Source: Rhodospirillales bacterium
GTDB taxonomy: Bacteria > Pseudomonadota > Alphaproteobacteria > UBA828
Direction of reading: 5' to 3'
DNA: 64,000 nucleotides
NCBI GenBank assembly: GCA_028818855.1
Contig: JAPPMY010000248.1
Span: forward strand, 26,330 to 90,329
The notes beneath the pieces are model-generated. The model did no database searches and had not been told where the DNA came from. It saw nothing but the letters and a program-made list of their open reading frames with translations. The position numbers and the translations under genes are program-made. Shown one piece after another: positions 39,036 through 47,851 of the stretch (within the stretch, counting starts at the first letter, position 1; every line of letters begins with the position of its first letter).

Positions 39036-40304
39036 ATGGGGAAGCGGGGCATCACGCTCGACGGGAGCGTTCTCGAAGCGATCAGGGAGACGCGGCGCGA
39101 CCTCGGCAGCGCGCGGCACCTGCCGGGCTTCCTCTACACCGCGCCCGAGATCTTCGACTACGAGGTCGACGCCATCTTCATGAAGGAGTGGCTCTGCGTC
39201 GGCCGCGTGGAGGAGTTCGAGAACGAGGGCGACTACCGCGCCATGCGGATCGCGGGCGAGCCCCTGCTCGTCTGCCGCGACGGGTCGGGCCGGCTCAACG
39301 CCTTCAACAACGTCTGCCAGCACCGAGGCGTCGAGGTCGCGACCGGCGAAGGCACGTCCAAGAGCTTCCGCTGCCCCTATCACTCCTGGGTCTACGACCT
39401 GGAGGGCAGGCTGCTCGGCGCGCCGCACACGAAGGAGGTCGAGGGCTTCGACTTCGCGTCGTGCGCGCTGCCGCGGGTCAACCTCGACACCTGGGGCGGC
39501 TACATCTTCGTCAACTTCGACCCCGACTGCCCGAGCCTCGCCGACTATCTCGACGAGGACGGGATCAGGGAGTTCGCGGCCTTCCTGCAGCCGGAGAACA
39601 CGCGGACCTCGGACACCTACGACTTCGAGGTGCCGTGCAACTGGAAGTTCATCCCCGAGAACCTGATGGACATGTACCACGTGGGCGTGATCCACAAGGA
39701 CTCCTTCGGCGGGCACTTCCCGGTCAACGACTTCCGCTTCAACCTCAGGAAGAACGGCTACAACGCCGCCTACGAGAGCTTCACCATGGCGCCCAAGGGG
39801 GTGACGCTCTTCGACACCATGCCCTGGCTCCGGGGCAAGGTGACGGACAGGTTCGCGTGCACCACCTGGATCCGGCCGACCATGAACATCTTCGGCCGCC
39901 ACGACCTGATCCAGCCCTGGGTGGCGCTGCCCGTGGACCACGCCACCACGCGGATCGTCATCTACACCCAGCTCCCCGAGACCTACTTCGACGAGCCCGG
40001 CTTCGAGGAGAAGAACCGCATCTACGCCGACTTCATCCGGCTGGTGGCGAACGAGGACCGGGCGATGCTGGAATCGCTGCAGAACGGGGTCGGCTCGCGC
40101 GCCTTCCGCCCGGGGCCGACGGTGAAGCTGGAGCGCGCCATCCACCACCTTCTCAACTACTATCTCGACAGGCTGTTGAGCGAAGACGACGAGGCCCGCG
40201 CGAGGCGCCGCCGGGACGGCGAGGACGCGCTCCGCGAGAGCGCCTCGCGCAACGGGGAGCCGCGCGACGGCGGCTACACGGCGCTGGTGAGCGCCGCCGA
40301 ATAG
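39036..40304 (+). CDS. Rieske [2Fe-2S] non-heme-iron oxygenase, alpha (catalytic) subunit
   Basis: ATG 39036 follows GGAGGGA (the ORF track starts at 39018). Rieske motif CQHRGVEV...CPYHSWVY. Mononuclear-iron region NLMDMYHVGVIHKDSF. Charged tail of about 45 aa. Confidence 0.9.
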   Translation: MGKRGITLDGSVLEAIRETRRDLGSARHLPGFLYTAPEIFDYEVDAIFMKEWLCVGRVEEFENEGDYRAMRIAGEPLLVCRDGSGRLNAFNNVCQHRGVEVATGEGTSKSFRCPYHSWVYDLEGRLLGAPHTKEVEGFDFASCALPRVNLDTWGGYIFVNFDPDCPSLADYLDEDGIREFAAFLQPENTRTSDTYDFEVPCNWKFIPENLMDMYHVGVIHKDSFGGHFPVNDFRFNLRKNGYNAAYESFTMAPKGVTLFDTMPWLRGKVTDRFACTTWIRPTMNIFGRHDLIQPWVALPVDHATTRIVIYTQLPETYFDEPGFEEKNRIYADFIRLVANEDRAMLESLQNGVGSRAFRPGPTVKLERAIHHLLNYYLDRLLSEDDEARARRRRDGEDALRESASRNGEPRDGGYTALVSAAE

Positions 40305-40315
40305 GAGCCGGAATC

Positions 40316-41356
40316 ATGGGCACACAGCAGGATCAGGCACGACTGACGGAGCTGTTCAGGCGCAACCTGGAGCTTTGCGCGGTGGGACCGGGGGAGACGG
40401 TCGCCGTCCTCTCGGAAGGCGATCAGCTCGACCATTACCGGCAGGCGTCGCTCGCGGCCGCCCGCGACCTCGGCGCCGACGTGGCCGACGTGCACCTCGC
40501 CGCCGACGGCGCGGAGGACCCGGCGGTCAGGATCGCCAACATCGGGCAGAACGCGCTCGGCAAGCACCCGGAGGCGATGCAGACCTGCCTCGACGCCGAC
40601 ATGGTGGTGGATCACATGCTCCTCCTCTTCTCCCACGAGCAGATCAGGATGCAGGAGGCGGGCACCCGCATCCTGCTCGTCGTGGAGCCCGTGGAGATCC
40701 TGGAGCGCCTCTTCCCCAGCGCCGAGATGCGCGGGCGCGTCGAGGCCGGGGAGACGCGGCTGAAGGCGGCGGAAAGGCTGCGCTTCACCAACGAGGCGGG
40801 CACCGACGTCACCTATACGCTTGGCGACAAGCCGATCCTCACGGAGTACGGCTACACCACGAAGCCCGGCCGCTGGGACCACTGGCCGGGCGGCTTCCTG
40901 GCCACGCTCGCGGCCGAGCGCGGCGTGCAGGGCCGCGTGGTGATGGAGGCGGACGACATCGTCTTCCCGCTCCGCGAGTTCACCGGCGAGCGCATCGCCT
41001 TCGAGATCGCGGACGGCATGGTGACGGAGATCGCGGGCGGCGCGCGGGCGCGCCACCTGCAGGGCTTCATCGAGGGCTACGACGACCCCCGCGCCTACGC
41101 GGTCTCGCACATCGGCTGGGGGCTCAACCACCACTGCATCTGGCGGCCCGACCTGCCGGGCATCGGCATGGACGGCCGCGCGCACTACGGCAACGTGCTG
41201 TTCTCGCTCGGCCCGGACACGGAGTTCGGCGGCGAGAACGACACCGCCTGCCACCTCGACCTGCCGATGCAGGGCTGCTCGCTCTGGCTCGACGACGAAC
41301 TGATCGTACAGGACGGCGAGGTCGTGCCCGAGGACATGCGCGCGCCCGTTCAATAA
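40316..41356 (+). CDS. NicX-like (2,5-dihydroxypyridine 5,6-dioxygenase / M29 aminopeptidase-T fold) protein
   Basis: Last 346 codons of the read-through ORF 37781..41356, with AGGAG SD. TEYGYTTKPGRWDHWPGGFL, VSHIGWGL and ACHLDLP match the blocks I recall from Pseudomonas putida NicX, including candidate His/His/Asp iron ligands. Confidence 0.65.
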   Translation: MGTQQDQARLTELFRRNLELCAVGPGETVAVLSEGDQLDHYRQASLAAARDLGADVADVHLAADGAEDPAVRIANIGQNALGKHPEAMQTCLDADMVVDHMLLLFSHEQIRMQEAGTRILLVVEPVEILERLFPSAEMRGRVEAGETRLKAAERLRFTNEAGTDVTYTLGDKPILTEYGYTTKPGRWDHWPGGFLATLAAERGVQGRVVMEADDIVFPLREFTGERIAFEIADGMVTEIAGGARARHLQGFIEGYDDPRAYAVSHIGWGLNHHCIWRPDLPGIGMDGRAHYGNVLFSLGPDTEFGGENDTACHLDLPMQGCSLWLDDELIVQDGEVVPEDMRAPVQ

Positions 41357-41615
41357 AGCGTGATCGTCTTCGACGGACGCGCGACAGGCTGCGACCGCGG
41401 CCCGCCGCGAATGCCGCGCGCCCCTGCCGCCTGCGGCCCCGCCCCTTTCCATATCGAACGTGACGGGGCGGGTAGCCGAGGCAGGGCCGAGCGTTTGCGA
41501 TACGCAGCATCGGTCCGTATGATGGCCGCCGCACGGAGACGTTGTGGCAGGGGCGCCGGCAAATCCAACCGGCGCCCGTGTCGATACCGGTTCATGACCA
41601 GAGGGAGAGACGACC

Positions 41616-42794
41616 ATGTGGAAACTGACTTTGGGCGCCGCCGTCGCGGCCGGCATGGCCCTTACAGGCTTCGCCGCCTCGGACGTGAAGGCCGAGGACG
41701 ACGGCGTCTGGTGGCCGGCGCAAGTCGAGATTTACAACCCGTCCTGCACCGACGGCGACCCGGCGTGCTGGACCGATCCCGCCAACCAGAGCCTCGAGGT
41801 CGTGGACTACGTGCCTCTGATGCCGGATGAGGTGGACGCGAAGCACCACATCTGCGTGTCCTTCCCCCACCTCGTGGACTCCTACTGGGTCGGCGCGGCC
41901 TACGGGATCATCGAGGAAGGCAAGCGCCTCGGCCAGAAGATCTCCCTGATCGAGGCCGGCGGCTACGACAAGCTGGAGAAGCAGCTCTCCCAGGTCGAGG
42001 ACTGCATCGCGAACGGCGCCGAGATTCTCGTGCTGTCGGCGATCTCGGCCGAGGGCAACATCAAGCAGGTCAACGAGCTGCGCGCGAGAGGCATCAAGGT
42101 CGTTGACCTCATCAACGGGATCAACACCGAGGTCGATGCCAAGTCGCTCGAGAGCTACTACAGCATGGGCCGGATCGCCTGCAAGTGGGTCGCCGACCAG
42201 CACCCCGCAGGCAGCGGCAACGTCAAGATCGCCTGGTTCCCGGGCCCGCCCGGCGCCAGCTGGTCGGTGGCCGGAAACCAGGGCTGCCACGACGCGGTCG
42301 TCGGCTCCGACGCCGAGATCATCTCGACCAAGTGGGCCCAGACCAGCAAGGAGGCCCAGCTCAGCCTCGTCGAGAACGTGATCCAGGCGCAGACCTCGGG
42401 CAGCGATGTCGATCTCGACTACATCGTCGGCGTGGCGCCGGCGATCGAGGGCGGCATGGCCGCGCTCCGCGACCTCGGCCTGCAGGACGAGATCAAGCTC
42501 GTCTCCTACTACTACACCCCCGGCATGCATCAGTTCGTCGGCCGCGGCAGCGTCGCCATGGCACCGACCGACCAGATGATCATCCAGGCGCGGATCTCCA
42601 TCGACCAGGCCGTCCGCCTGCTCGAGGGCAAGCCGTCGGCGACCGGCGGCCGGCCCGAGTTCAACGACACCGGCCGGATGATCGAGCACGTGCAGCCGGT
42701 GGCGATGCAGGTGACGCCTGAGAACCACGCCGACTTCGACACCACCACCACGCTGGCGCCCAAGGGCTGGACGCCGGTGTTCAGCACCGACTAG
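41616..42794 (+). CDS. periplasmic binding protein, TorT-like (Peripla_BP family)
   Basis: GAGGGAGAG SD. Signal peptide AAVAAGMALTGFAA. ICVSFPHLVDSYWVGAAYGIIEEGKRLG...IEAGGY... parallels the TorT HLKDSYW...EAGGY blocks. Followed by ABC ATPase and permease genes. Confidence 0.82.
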   Translation: MWKLTLGAAVAAGMALTGFAASDVKAEDDGVWWPAQVEIYNPSCTDGDPACWTDPANQSLEVVDYVPLMPDEVDAKHHICVSFPHLVDSYWVGAAYGIIEEGKRLGQKISLIEAGGYDKLEKQLSQVEDCIANGAEILVLSAISAEGNIKQVNELRARGIKVVDLINGINTEVDAKSLESYYSMGRIACKWVADQHPAGSGNVKIAWFPGPPGASWSVAGNQGCHDAVVGSDAEIISTKWAQTSKEAQLSLVENVIQAQTSGSDVDLDYIVGVAPAIEGGMAALRDLGLQDEIKLVSYYYTPGMHQFVGRGSVAMAPTDQMIIQARISIDQAVRLLEGKPSATGGRPEFNDTGRMIEHVQPVAMQVTPENHADFDTTTTLAPKGWTPVFSTD

Positions 42795-42835
42795 GCGTGC
42801 GTTCGTCCTTGTCGAAAAGGGACTGACGGAGGCCC

Positions 42836-44419
42836 TTGCCAGTGGCAGAGCCATCAGCCGCAGTCTTTGAAGAGTCCCCGGAGCCCGAGCGCTCCGGGGA
42901 CACCCTTCTCAGGTTAGAGAATCTATCCAAGCAATTCCCCGGCACCCTCGCGCTCGACCGCGTGAATTTCGAGGTGAACGCTGGCGAGGTGCACGTTCTC
43001 TTCGGCGAGAACGGCGCCGGCAAGTCAACGCTCATTCAGATCGTCGCCGGCGTCCACAGGCCGTCAGGCGGCACCATCCATCTGCGCGGCGAGCCCACCG
43101 TCATCCACTCGGTGCACCATGCGCGCCAGCTCGGGGTGAGCGCGGTGTTTCAGGAATTCTCCCTGGTGCCGCAGCTCACGGTGGAGGAGAACCTCTTCCT
43201 CGGCGACGAGCTGACGCGCGGGCCGATCCTCAACAAGCGGGCGCTGGCCCGCCAGGCGCGCGAGACGCTGGACCGCCTCGGCTTCCCGCTCAGGCGGCGC
43301 GACGAGGTGATGTACCTCTCGCGCGCCGAGCAGCAGATGGTGGAGATCGCCAAGGCCTTCCGCACCCGGCCCGACATCATGATCTTCGACGAGCCGACCG
43401 CCTCGCTCACGGAGCGCGAGACCGACCGGCTCTTCGAGCTGATCGAGCAGATCAAGGCCGATGGCATCGGCATCATCTACATCACCCACCGGATGAACGA
43501 GATCAAGCGGATCGGCGACCGCATCACCGTGCTGCGCGACGGGGTGCACATCGACACGATCCCCGTCGAGGAGGCGAGCGACCAGAAGCTCGTCGAGCTG
43601 ATGACCGGCCGCGTCATCGACCAGATCTTCCCGCACATCGCGCGCAACCCGGCCGAGACCATGCTGGAGGTCGAGAACCTCGTCACCGCCAAGCACTTCG
43701 TGAACGACGTCTCGATCAACGTGCGGCGCGGCGAGGTGGTGGGCCTCGCCGGGCTCGTGGGCTCGGGCAAGTCAGACCTCGGCCGCGCCTGCTTCGGCCT
43801 CGAGCGCATCATGGGCGGCAAGATCACCTTCGACGGCGATGTCGTCTACGACCGGGCCGGCCACGTGAACAGGCTGGGCCCCCGGCGGATGCTCGACCGC
43901 GGCCTCTACTACCTGCCCTCGGACCGCCGGCAAGAGGGCCTGGTGATGATGCAGAACGTGCGGGAGAACGTGGCGCTGCCCTCGCTCGGGCTCACCAAGT
44001 TCTCGAACCGCCTCTTCCTGCGCCGCAACAACGAGCGCAAGGTCGTGCGCGACATCGCGAAGAGCCTGGACCTGATGCCGCTCAACATCGAGCGCGACCT
44101 GGAGCACTTCTCGGGCGGCAACCAGCAGAAGGTGCTGGTGGGCAAGTCGCTGGTGCGCGACGTCAAGCTCTTCGTCTTCGACGAGCCGACCGTGGGCGTC
44201 GACGTCGGCGCGCGCGTGGCGATCTACGAGTTCATCCGCGACCTTTGCGAGGCCGGCGCCGGCGTGCTCCTGATCTCCTCGGACCTGCCGGAGATCCTGC
44301 ACCTCGTGCACCGCACCTATGTGATGTACCGCGGCGAACTGCGCGCCGAGCTCGATCAATCCGAAATCTCGGAGGAAGCGGTGCTGCACCACTTCTTCGA
44401 GAAGGAGGACGAGGCGTGA
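42836..44419 (+). CDS. sugar-type ABC transporter ATP-binding protein (duplicated NBD, RbsA-like)
   Basis: Two NBDs: GENGAGKST / MIFDEPTASL and GLVGSGKSD / FSGGNQQKV / FVFDEPTVGVD. TTG 42836 per the ORF track. GTG 42842 is an alternative. Confidence 0.9.
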   Translation: MPVAEPSAAVFEESPEPERSGDTLLRLENLSKQFPGTLALDRVNFEVNAGEVHVLFGENGAGKSTLIQIVAGVHRPSGGTIHLRGEPTVIHSVHHARQLGVSAVFQEFSLVPQLTVEENLFLGDELTRGPILNKRALARQARETLDRLGFPLRRRDEVMYLSRAEQQMVEIAKAFRTRPDIMIFDEPTASLTERETDRLFELIEQIKADGIGIIYITHRMNEIKRIGDRITVLRDGVHIDTIPVEEASDQKLVELMTGRVIDQIFPHIARNPAETMLEVENLVTAKHFVNDVSINVRRGEVVGLAGLVGSGKSDLGRACFGLERIMGGKITFDGDVVYDRAGHVNRLGPRRMLDRGLYYLPSDRRQEGLVMMQNVRENVALPSLGLTKFSNRLFLRRNNERKVVRDIAKSLDLMPLNIERDLEHFSGGNQQKVLVGKSLVRDVKLFVFDEPTVGVDVGARVAIYEFIRDLCEAGAGVLLISSDLPEILHLVHRTYVMYRGELRAELDQSEISEEAVLHHFFEKEDEA

Positions 44420-44435
44420 TCCGGAGGGAGAGTTA

Positions 44436-45461
44436 ATGGCCGATACCGCCCAGCAGCGCCCGACGCCGTTGGAGAGGGCGGAGTACTTCGCGACGCTCAT
44501 CTTCGTTCGCGCGGGCGTACTTCCCTGGTTCCTCCTCATCGCGATCATCGTCTTCGCGCTGACCACGGACAACTTCTTCTCCGGCCGCAACCTCATGCAG
44601 GTCGCGCGCCAGGCGACCTATCTCACAATGGTCTCGATGGGCCAGATGGTCGTGCTTCTGACCGCCGGGCTCGACCTCTCGGTCGGCGTCATGTTCGCCC
44701 TGGTCTCGGTCATCACGTCCATGGCCATGGTCGGCGCGTGGGACGGCGGCGAGGCCACCACGGCCGCGATCCTGATCGGCTGCCTCGCGGGCTTCGGCGC
44801 CGGGACCGGCATCGGCGTGGTCAACGGCATCGGCGTCGCGGTCTTCCGCGTGCCCCCCTTCATGATGACGCTCGCGATGTCGTCGATCGTCTTCGGCATC
44901 GCGCTCATGATCACCGGCGGCACGCCGATCTACGGCATGCCGGACAACTTCGCGAACATCCTGGGCTACGGCAAGGGGCTCGGCGTCCCGATCCCGATCT
45001 GGATCACCATCGGGTTCATCATCCTGATGTACGTGTTCCTCAACTGGACCCGGATGGGGCGCTATCTCTACGCGCTGGGCGGCAATCTCAAGGCGTCGCA
45101 GCTCTCCGGCATCAGCACGCGCTTCTACCTGTTCATGGCCTACGTCGTGACCGCCGGAATCACAACCATCGGCGCGATCATGCTGACCGCGCGGCTGGAA
45201 AGCGGCGAGGGCAACATCGGCAAGGAGTACCCGCTGCTCTCGATCGCGGCCTGCGTGATCGGCGGCGTCAGCCTCTTCGGCGGCACCGGGCGGCTGCCCA
45301 ACGTGGTGCTCGGCGCCATCTTCATCATCCTCGTGCAGAACGGCATGAACCTGCTGCGCATCAGCTCCTACATGCAGCTGGTGGTGATCGGCATCCTGCT
45401 CATCCTCGCGGTGATCGCCGACAACTACCGGCAGAAGCTGCTGCTCATGCTGAGAGACTAG
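44436..45461 (+). CDS. ABC transporter permease (RbsC/AraH-like)
   Basis: 341 aa, about 9-10 TM segments, GGAGGGAG SD. LTAGLDLSVG...GGVSLFGGTG motifs. Confidence 0.9.
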   Translation: MADTAQQRPTPLERAEYFATLIFVRAGVLPWFLLIAIIVFALTTDNFFSGRNLMQVARQATYLTMVSMGQMVVLLTAGLDLSVGVMFALVSVITSMAMVGAWDGGEATTAAILIGCLAGFGAGTGIGVVNGIGVAVFRVPPFMMTLAMSSIVFGIALMITGGTPIYGMPDNFANILGYGKGLGVPIPIWITIGFIILMYVFLNWTRMGRYLYALGGNLKASQLSGISTRFYLFMAYVVTAGITTIGAIMLTARLESGEGNIGKEYPLLSIAACVIGGVSLFGGTGRLPNVVLGAIFIILVQNGMNLLRISSYMQLVVIGILLILAVIADNYRQKLLLMLRD

Positions 45462-45463
45462 CG

Positions 45464-46576
45464 GTGGCGGCGAACGGCCGGCCGCCGGTCATCTCCGGCG
45501 ATTCCCACGTCATCGAGCCGGCGGACCTCTGGTCCAAGCCGCTCGGCACGCGCTACGGCGATGCCGTGCCGCGCATGGTGCCGGCGCATGCCGGCGTCGA
45601 GGGCGACCACTTCTTCACCGGCTTCGAGTACGTGCGCGTCGACGAGATCGTCGAGGGCGACGAGGAGCTGCAGCGCAAGCTCGTCGGCTCCGGCACCGAC
45701 CCCGCGATCCGGCTGGAGTGCATGGACGAGGACGGCGTCATCGGCGAGATCGTCAACTCCACCTGGATGCTCTACGGCATGCGCGCCCGCGACGACCGGC
45801 TGGTTGAAGACCTCTGCCAGGTGTTCAACGACTGGCTCGCGGAGTACTGCAGCCACGCGCCGAAGCGCCTCTACGGCACCTCGATGATCCACATGGCGGA
45901 CATCGACTGGGCCTGCAGGGAGCTGGAGCGCACCGCCAGGCGCGGGCTGAAGAGCGTCATCATCAACTGCGACGCCCGCCCCGAGTGGCCGCCCTTCCAG
46001 GACGCGCACTACGACCCCTTCTGGGCGCGCGCGCAGGAGCTGGACCAGCCGGTGACGCTCCACATCATCACCGGCAACGAGGTCGACCCCTTCACCCTGC
46101 ACGGGCCGGCGCGCATCAACGTGCCCCGCAGCAACCTGGGCGTGCTGGCGGAGGCCGGGCCCGTGCTCGCCAACGAGTTCATCTTCGGCGGCGTGCTCGA
46201 CCGCTTCGAGACACTGAAGCTGGTGCTGTCCGAGTACGAGGTCTGCTGGCTGCCCTACTGGCTCTTCCGCGCGCGTCAGATCCAGGACGACTTCGGCCCG
46301 GCGCTGGGCATCCCCAGGATCAAGCGGCCGGTCGAGGCGTACATGAGCCAGATCTACCACGGGCTGATCGACGACCCCTACCTCGACAAGGTGCTGGACG
46401 TGGTCGACCCGAAGACCATCATGTGGGGCTCGGACTTCCCGCACGCGCGCTGCACCTACCCCAACACGATGCAGGTGATAGACCGCGTCTTCGGCCATCT
46501 CGACGAGGAGATGCGGCGCGACATCACCTTCAACAACTGTGCCCGCTTCTACAACTTCGACCTGCCGGCGGCCTAG
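45464..46576 (+). CDS. amidohydrolase_2 family protein (ACMSD / PicC-like metal-dependent decarboxylase/hydrolase fold)
   Basis: GTG 45464, 2 nt after the permease stop. VISGDSHVIEPADLW...TLHIITG...MWGSDFPHA is a typical amidohydrolase_2 ligand pattern. Confidence 0.78.
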   Translation: MAANGRPPVISGDSHVIEPADLWSKPLGTRYGDAVPRMVPAHAGVEGDHFFTGFEYVRVDEIVEGDEELQRKLVGSGTDPAIRLECMDEDGVIGEIVNSTWMLYGMRARDDRLVEDLCQVFNDWLAEYCSHAPKRLYGTSMIHMADIDWACRELERTARRGLKSVIINCDARPEWPPFQDAHYDPFWARAQELDQPVTLHIITGNEVDPFTLHGPARINVPRSNLGVLAEAGPVLANEFIFGGVLDRFETLKLVLSEYEVCWLPYWLFRARQIQDDFGPALGIPRIKRPVEAYMSQIYHGLIDDPYLDKVLDVVDPKTIMWGSDFPHARCTYPNTMQVIDRVFGHLDEEMRRDITFNNCARFYNFDLPAA

Positions 46577-46683
46577 CGCGAACCTTTATCGCCGGGCGCG
46601 TGATGCGCGCGCCCGACGCCTGAGCAAGACGAACAAGCCGAAAGGGAGAACGGAGGACGCGGGCCGGAGCCGGGGCCCGGAGC

Positions 46684-47835
46684 ATGACCGCGCCGCACGC
46701 CTTCGAGCACATCCTTGCGTCACTGCACGAGACCGTGCTGGGCGATTCCGGCTGGGAGGCGACCTCCGCCCTGATCGACGACGCGCTCGGGTCCAAGGGC
46801 AGCTTCCTCGTCTCCGGAAAGGGCGCATCGCACGAGGACGTCGAGATCTTCTTCGCCTGGTTCTGCTTTCGCGGGCAGCGCCGCTCTGACCTGGAGCGGG
46901 CGTATTTCGACCTCTACCACTCCATCGACGAGCGCATCCCGCGGCTTCGGCGCCTGCCCGACAGCGAAATCGTCCCCATGTCCGCTCTCTACACGGAGAG
47001 CGAACGGAAGACCTCCCCGGCCTACAACGACGCGCTGCCGATCTCGGACTGCGGCGACGGCCTCAACGTGCGTCTCGACGGCCCCGACGGCTCGCACACC
47101 GTCTGGGTGATCGCCGATCCCGTCGACGGCGACGGCTGGTCGTCCGCCAGGCTCGGGACGCTCCGGCGCCTCCTGCCCCACATCCGTCAGTTCGTGCGCG
47201 TCCGCGAGGCGCTGACGAACGCGCAGGCGCTGGGGTCGTCTGCCGCGGCGCTGCTCGAGAGCGGCCGGTGCGGGGTCATCTACCTGGACCCGCGCGGGCG
47301 GATCGTGGAGGCCAACGGCCCTGCCCGCGCGCTGCTCCGCAACAGGGACGGGCTGGCCGACGCTGCGGGCCGCCTCCATGCCGCGACGCCCCGGGATGAC
47401 GACCGCCTTCAGGTGCTGCTGGCCGGCGCGCTGCCCCGCTTCGGCGACCAGGGCACGAGCGGCACGATGACGGTGAGACGCCCGGCCCGCTCCGCGCGGC
47501 TCGCGTTGCACGTCACACCCGTCGGCGCAGGCGGGAGGGAGGCGCGCCCGACCCGCGTCGCCGCGCTCGTGCTGGTCGTCGACCCGTTGAACCGCGCGCC
47601 CGTCGACCCCGACTACGTGTCGGCCGTGCTCGGCCTCTCGCCGGTGGAAGGCCACGTGGCGGTCATGCTCGCGCAGGGCAACACCATCCGCGACACCGCG
47701 GCCGCGATGGGGCGGAGCCCCACCACCGTCCGCTGGCACCTGCAGCGGATATTCGCCAAGCTCGGCATCTCCCGGCAGGCGGAGCTGATGAGGCTGGTCG
47801 TCTCCGCCGCAGACTTTCCCGAGGGCCGCCGCTGA
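46684..47835 (+). CDS. LuxR-family transcriptional regulator (C-terminal HTH)
   Basis: C-terminus LSPVEGHVAVMLAQGNTIRDTAAAMGRSPTTVRWHLQRIFAKLGISRQAELMRLV. N-terminal sensor region of about 300 aa. Confidence 0.85.
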   Translation: MTAPHAFEHILASLHETVLGDSGWEATSALIDDALGSKGSFLVSGKGASHEDVEIFFAWFCFRGQRRSDLERAYFDLYHSIDERIPRLRRLPDSEIVPMSALYTESERKTSPAYNDALPISDCGDGLNVRLDGPDGSHTVWVIADPVDGDGWSSARLGTLRRLLPHIRQFVRVREALTNAQALGSSAAALLESGRCGVIYLDPRGRIVEANGPARALLRNRDGLADAAGRLHAATPRDDDRLQVLLAGALPRFGDQGTSGTMTVRRPARSARLALHVTPVGAGGREARPTRVAALVLVVDPLNRAPVDPDYVSAVLGLSPVEGHVAVMLAQGNTIRDTAAAMGRSPTTVRWHLQRIFAKLGISRQAELMRLVVSAADFPEGRR

Positions 47836-47851
47836 CGCCCGCCCCACCCCG

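Noticed and set aside
37611-41356. 845-aa minus-strand ORF and 1191-aa plus-strand ORF spanning the LarA-like, Rieske and NicX-like genes
   Set aside because: Only the last 346 codons of the 1191-aa frame look like protein, after an AGGAG plus ATG at 40316. The rest, and the antisense ORF, are Arg/Gly/Pro/His-rich shadows overlapping well-supported genes.
41440-41585. GC-rich hairpins (CCGCCCC...GGGGCGG; GGCGCCGG-N9-CCGGCGCC) upstream of the TorT-like SBP gene as a riboswitch or attenuator
   Set aside because: Such stems are expected by chance at this GC content. There is no recognisable riboswitch consensus and no U-tract, and covariation cannot be tested without an alignment.
46593-46615. 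CGGGCGCG-N7-CGCGCCCG hairpin after the amidohydrolase gene as an intrinsic terminator
   Set aside because: The stem is real but has no downstream T-run. The function is plausible but unsupported from sequence alone.
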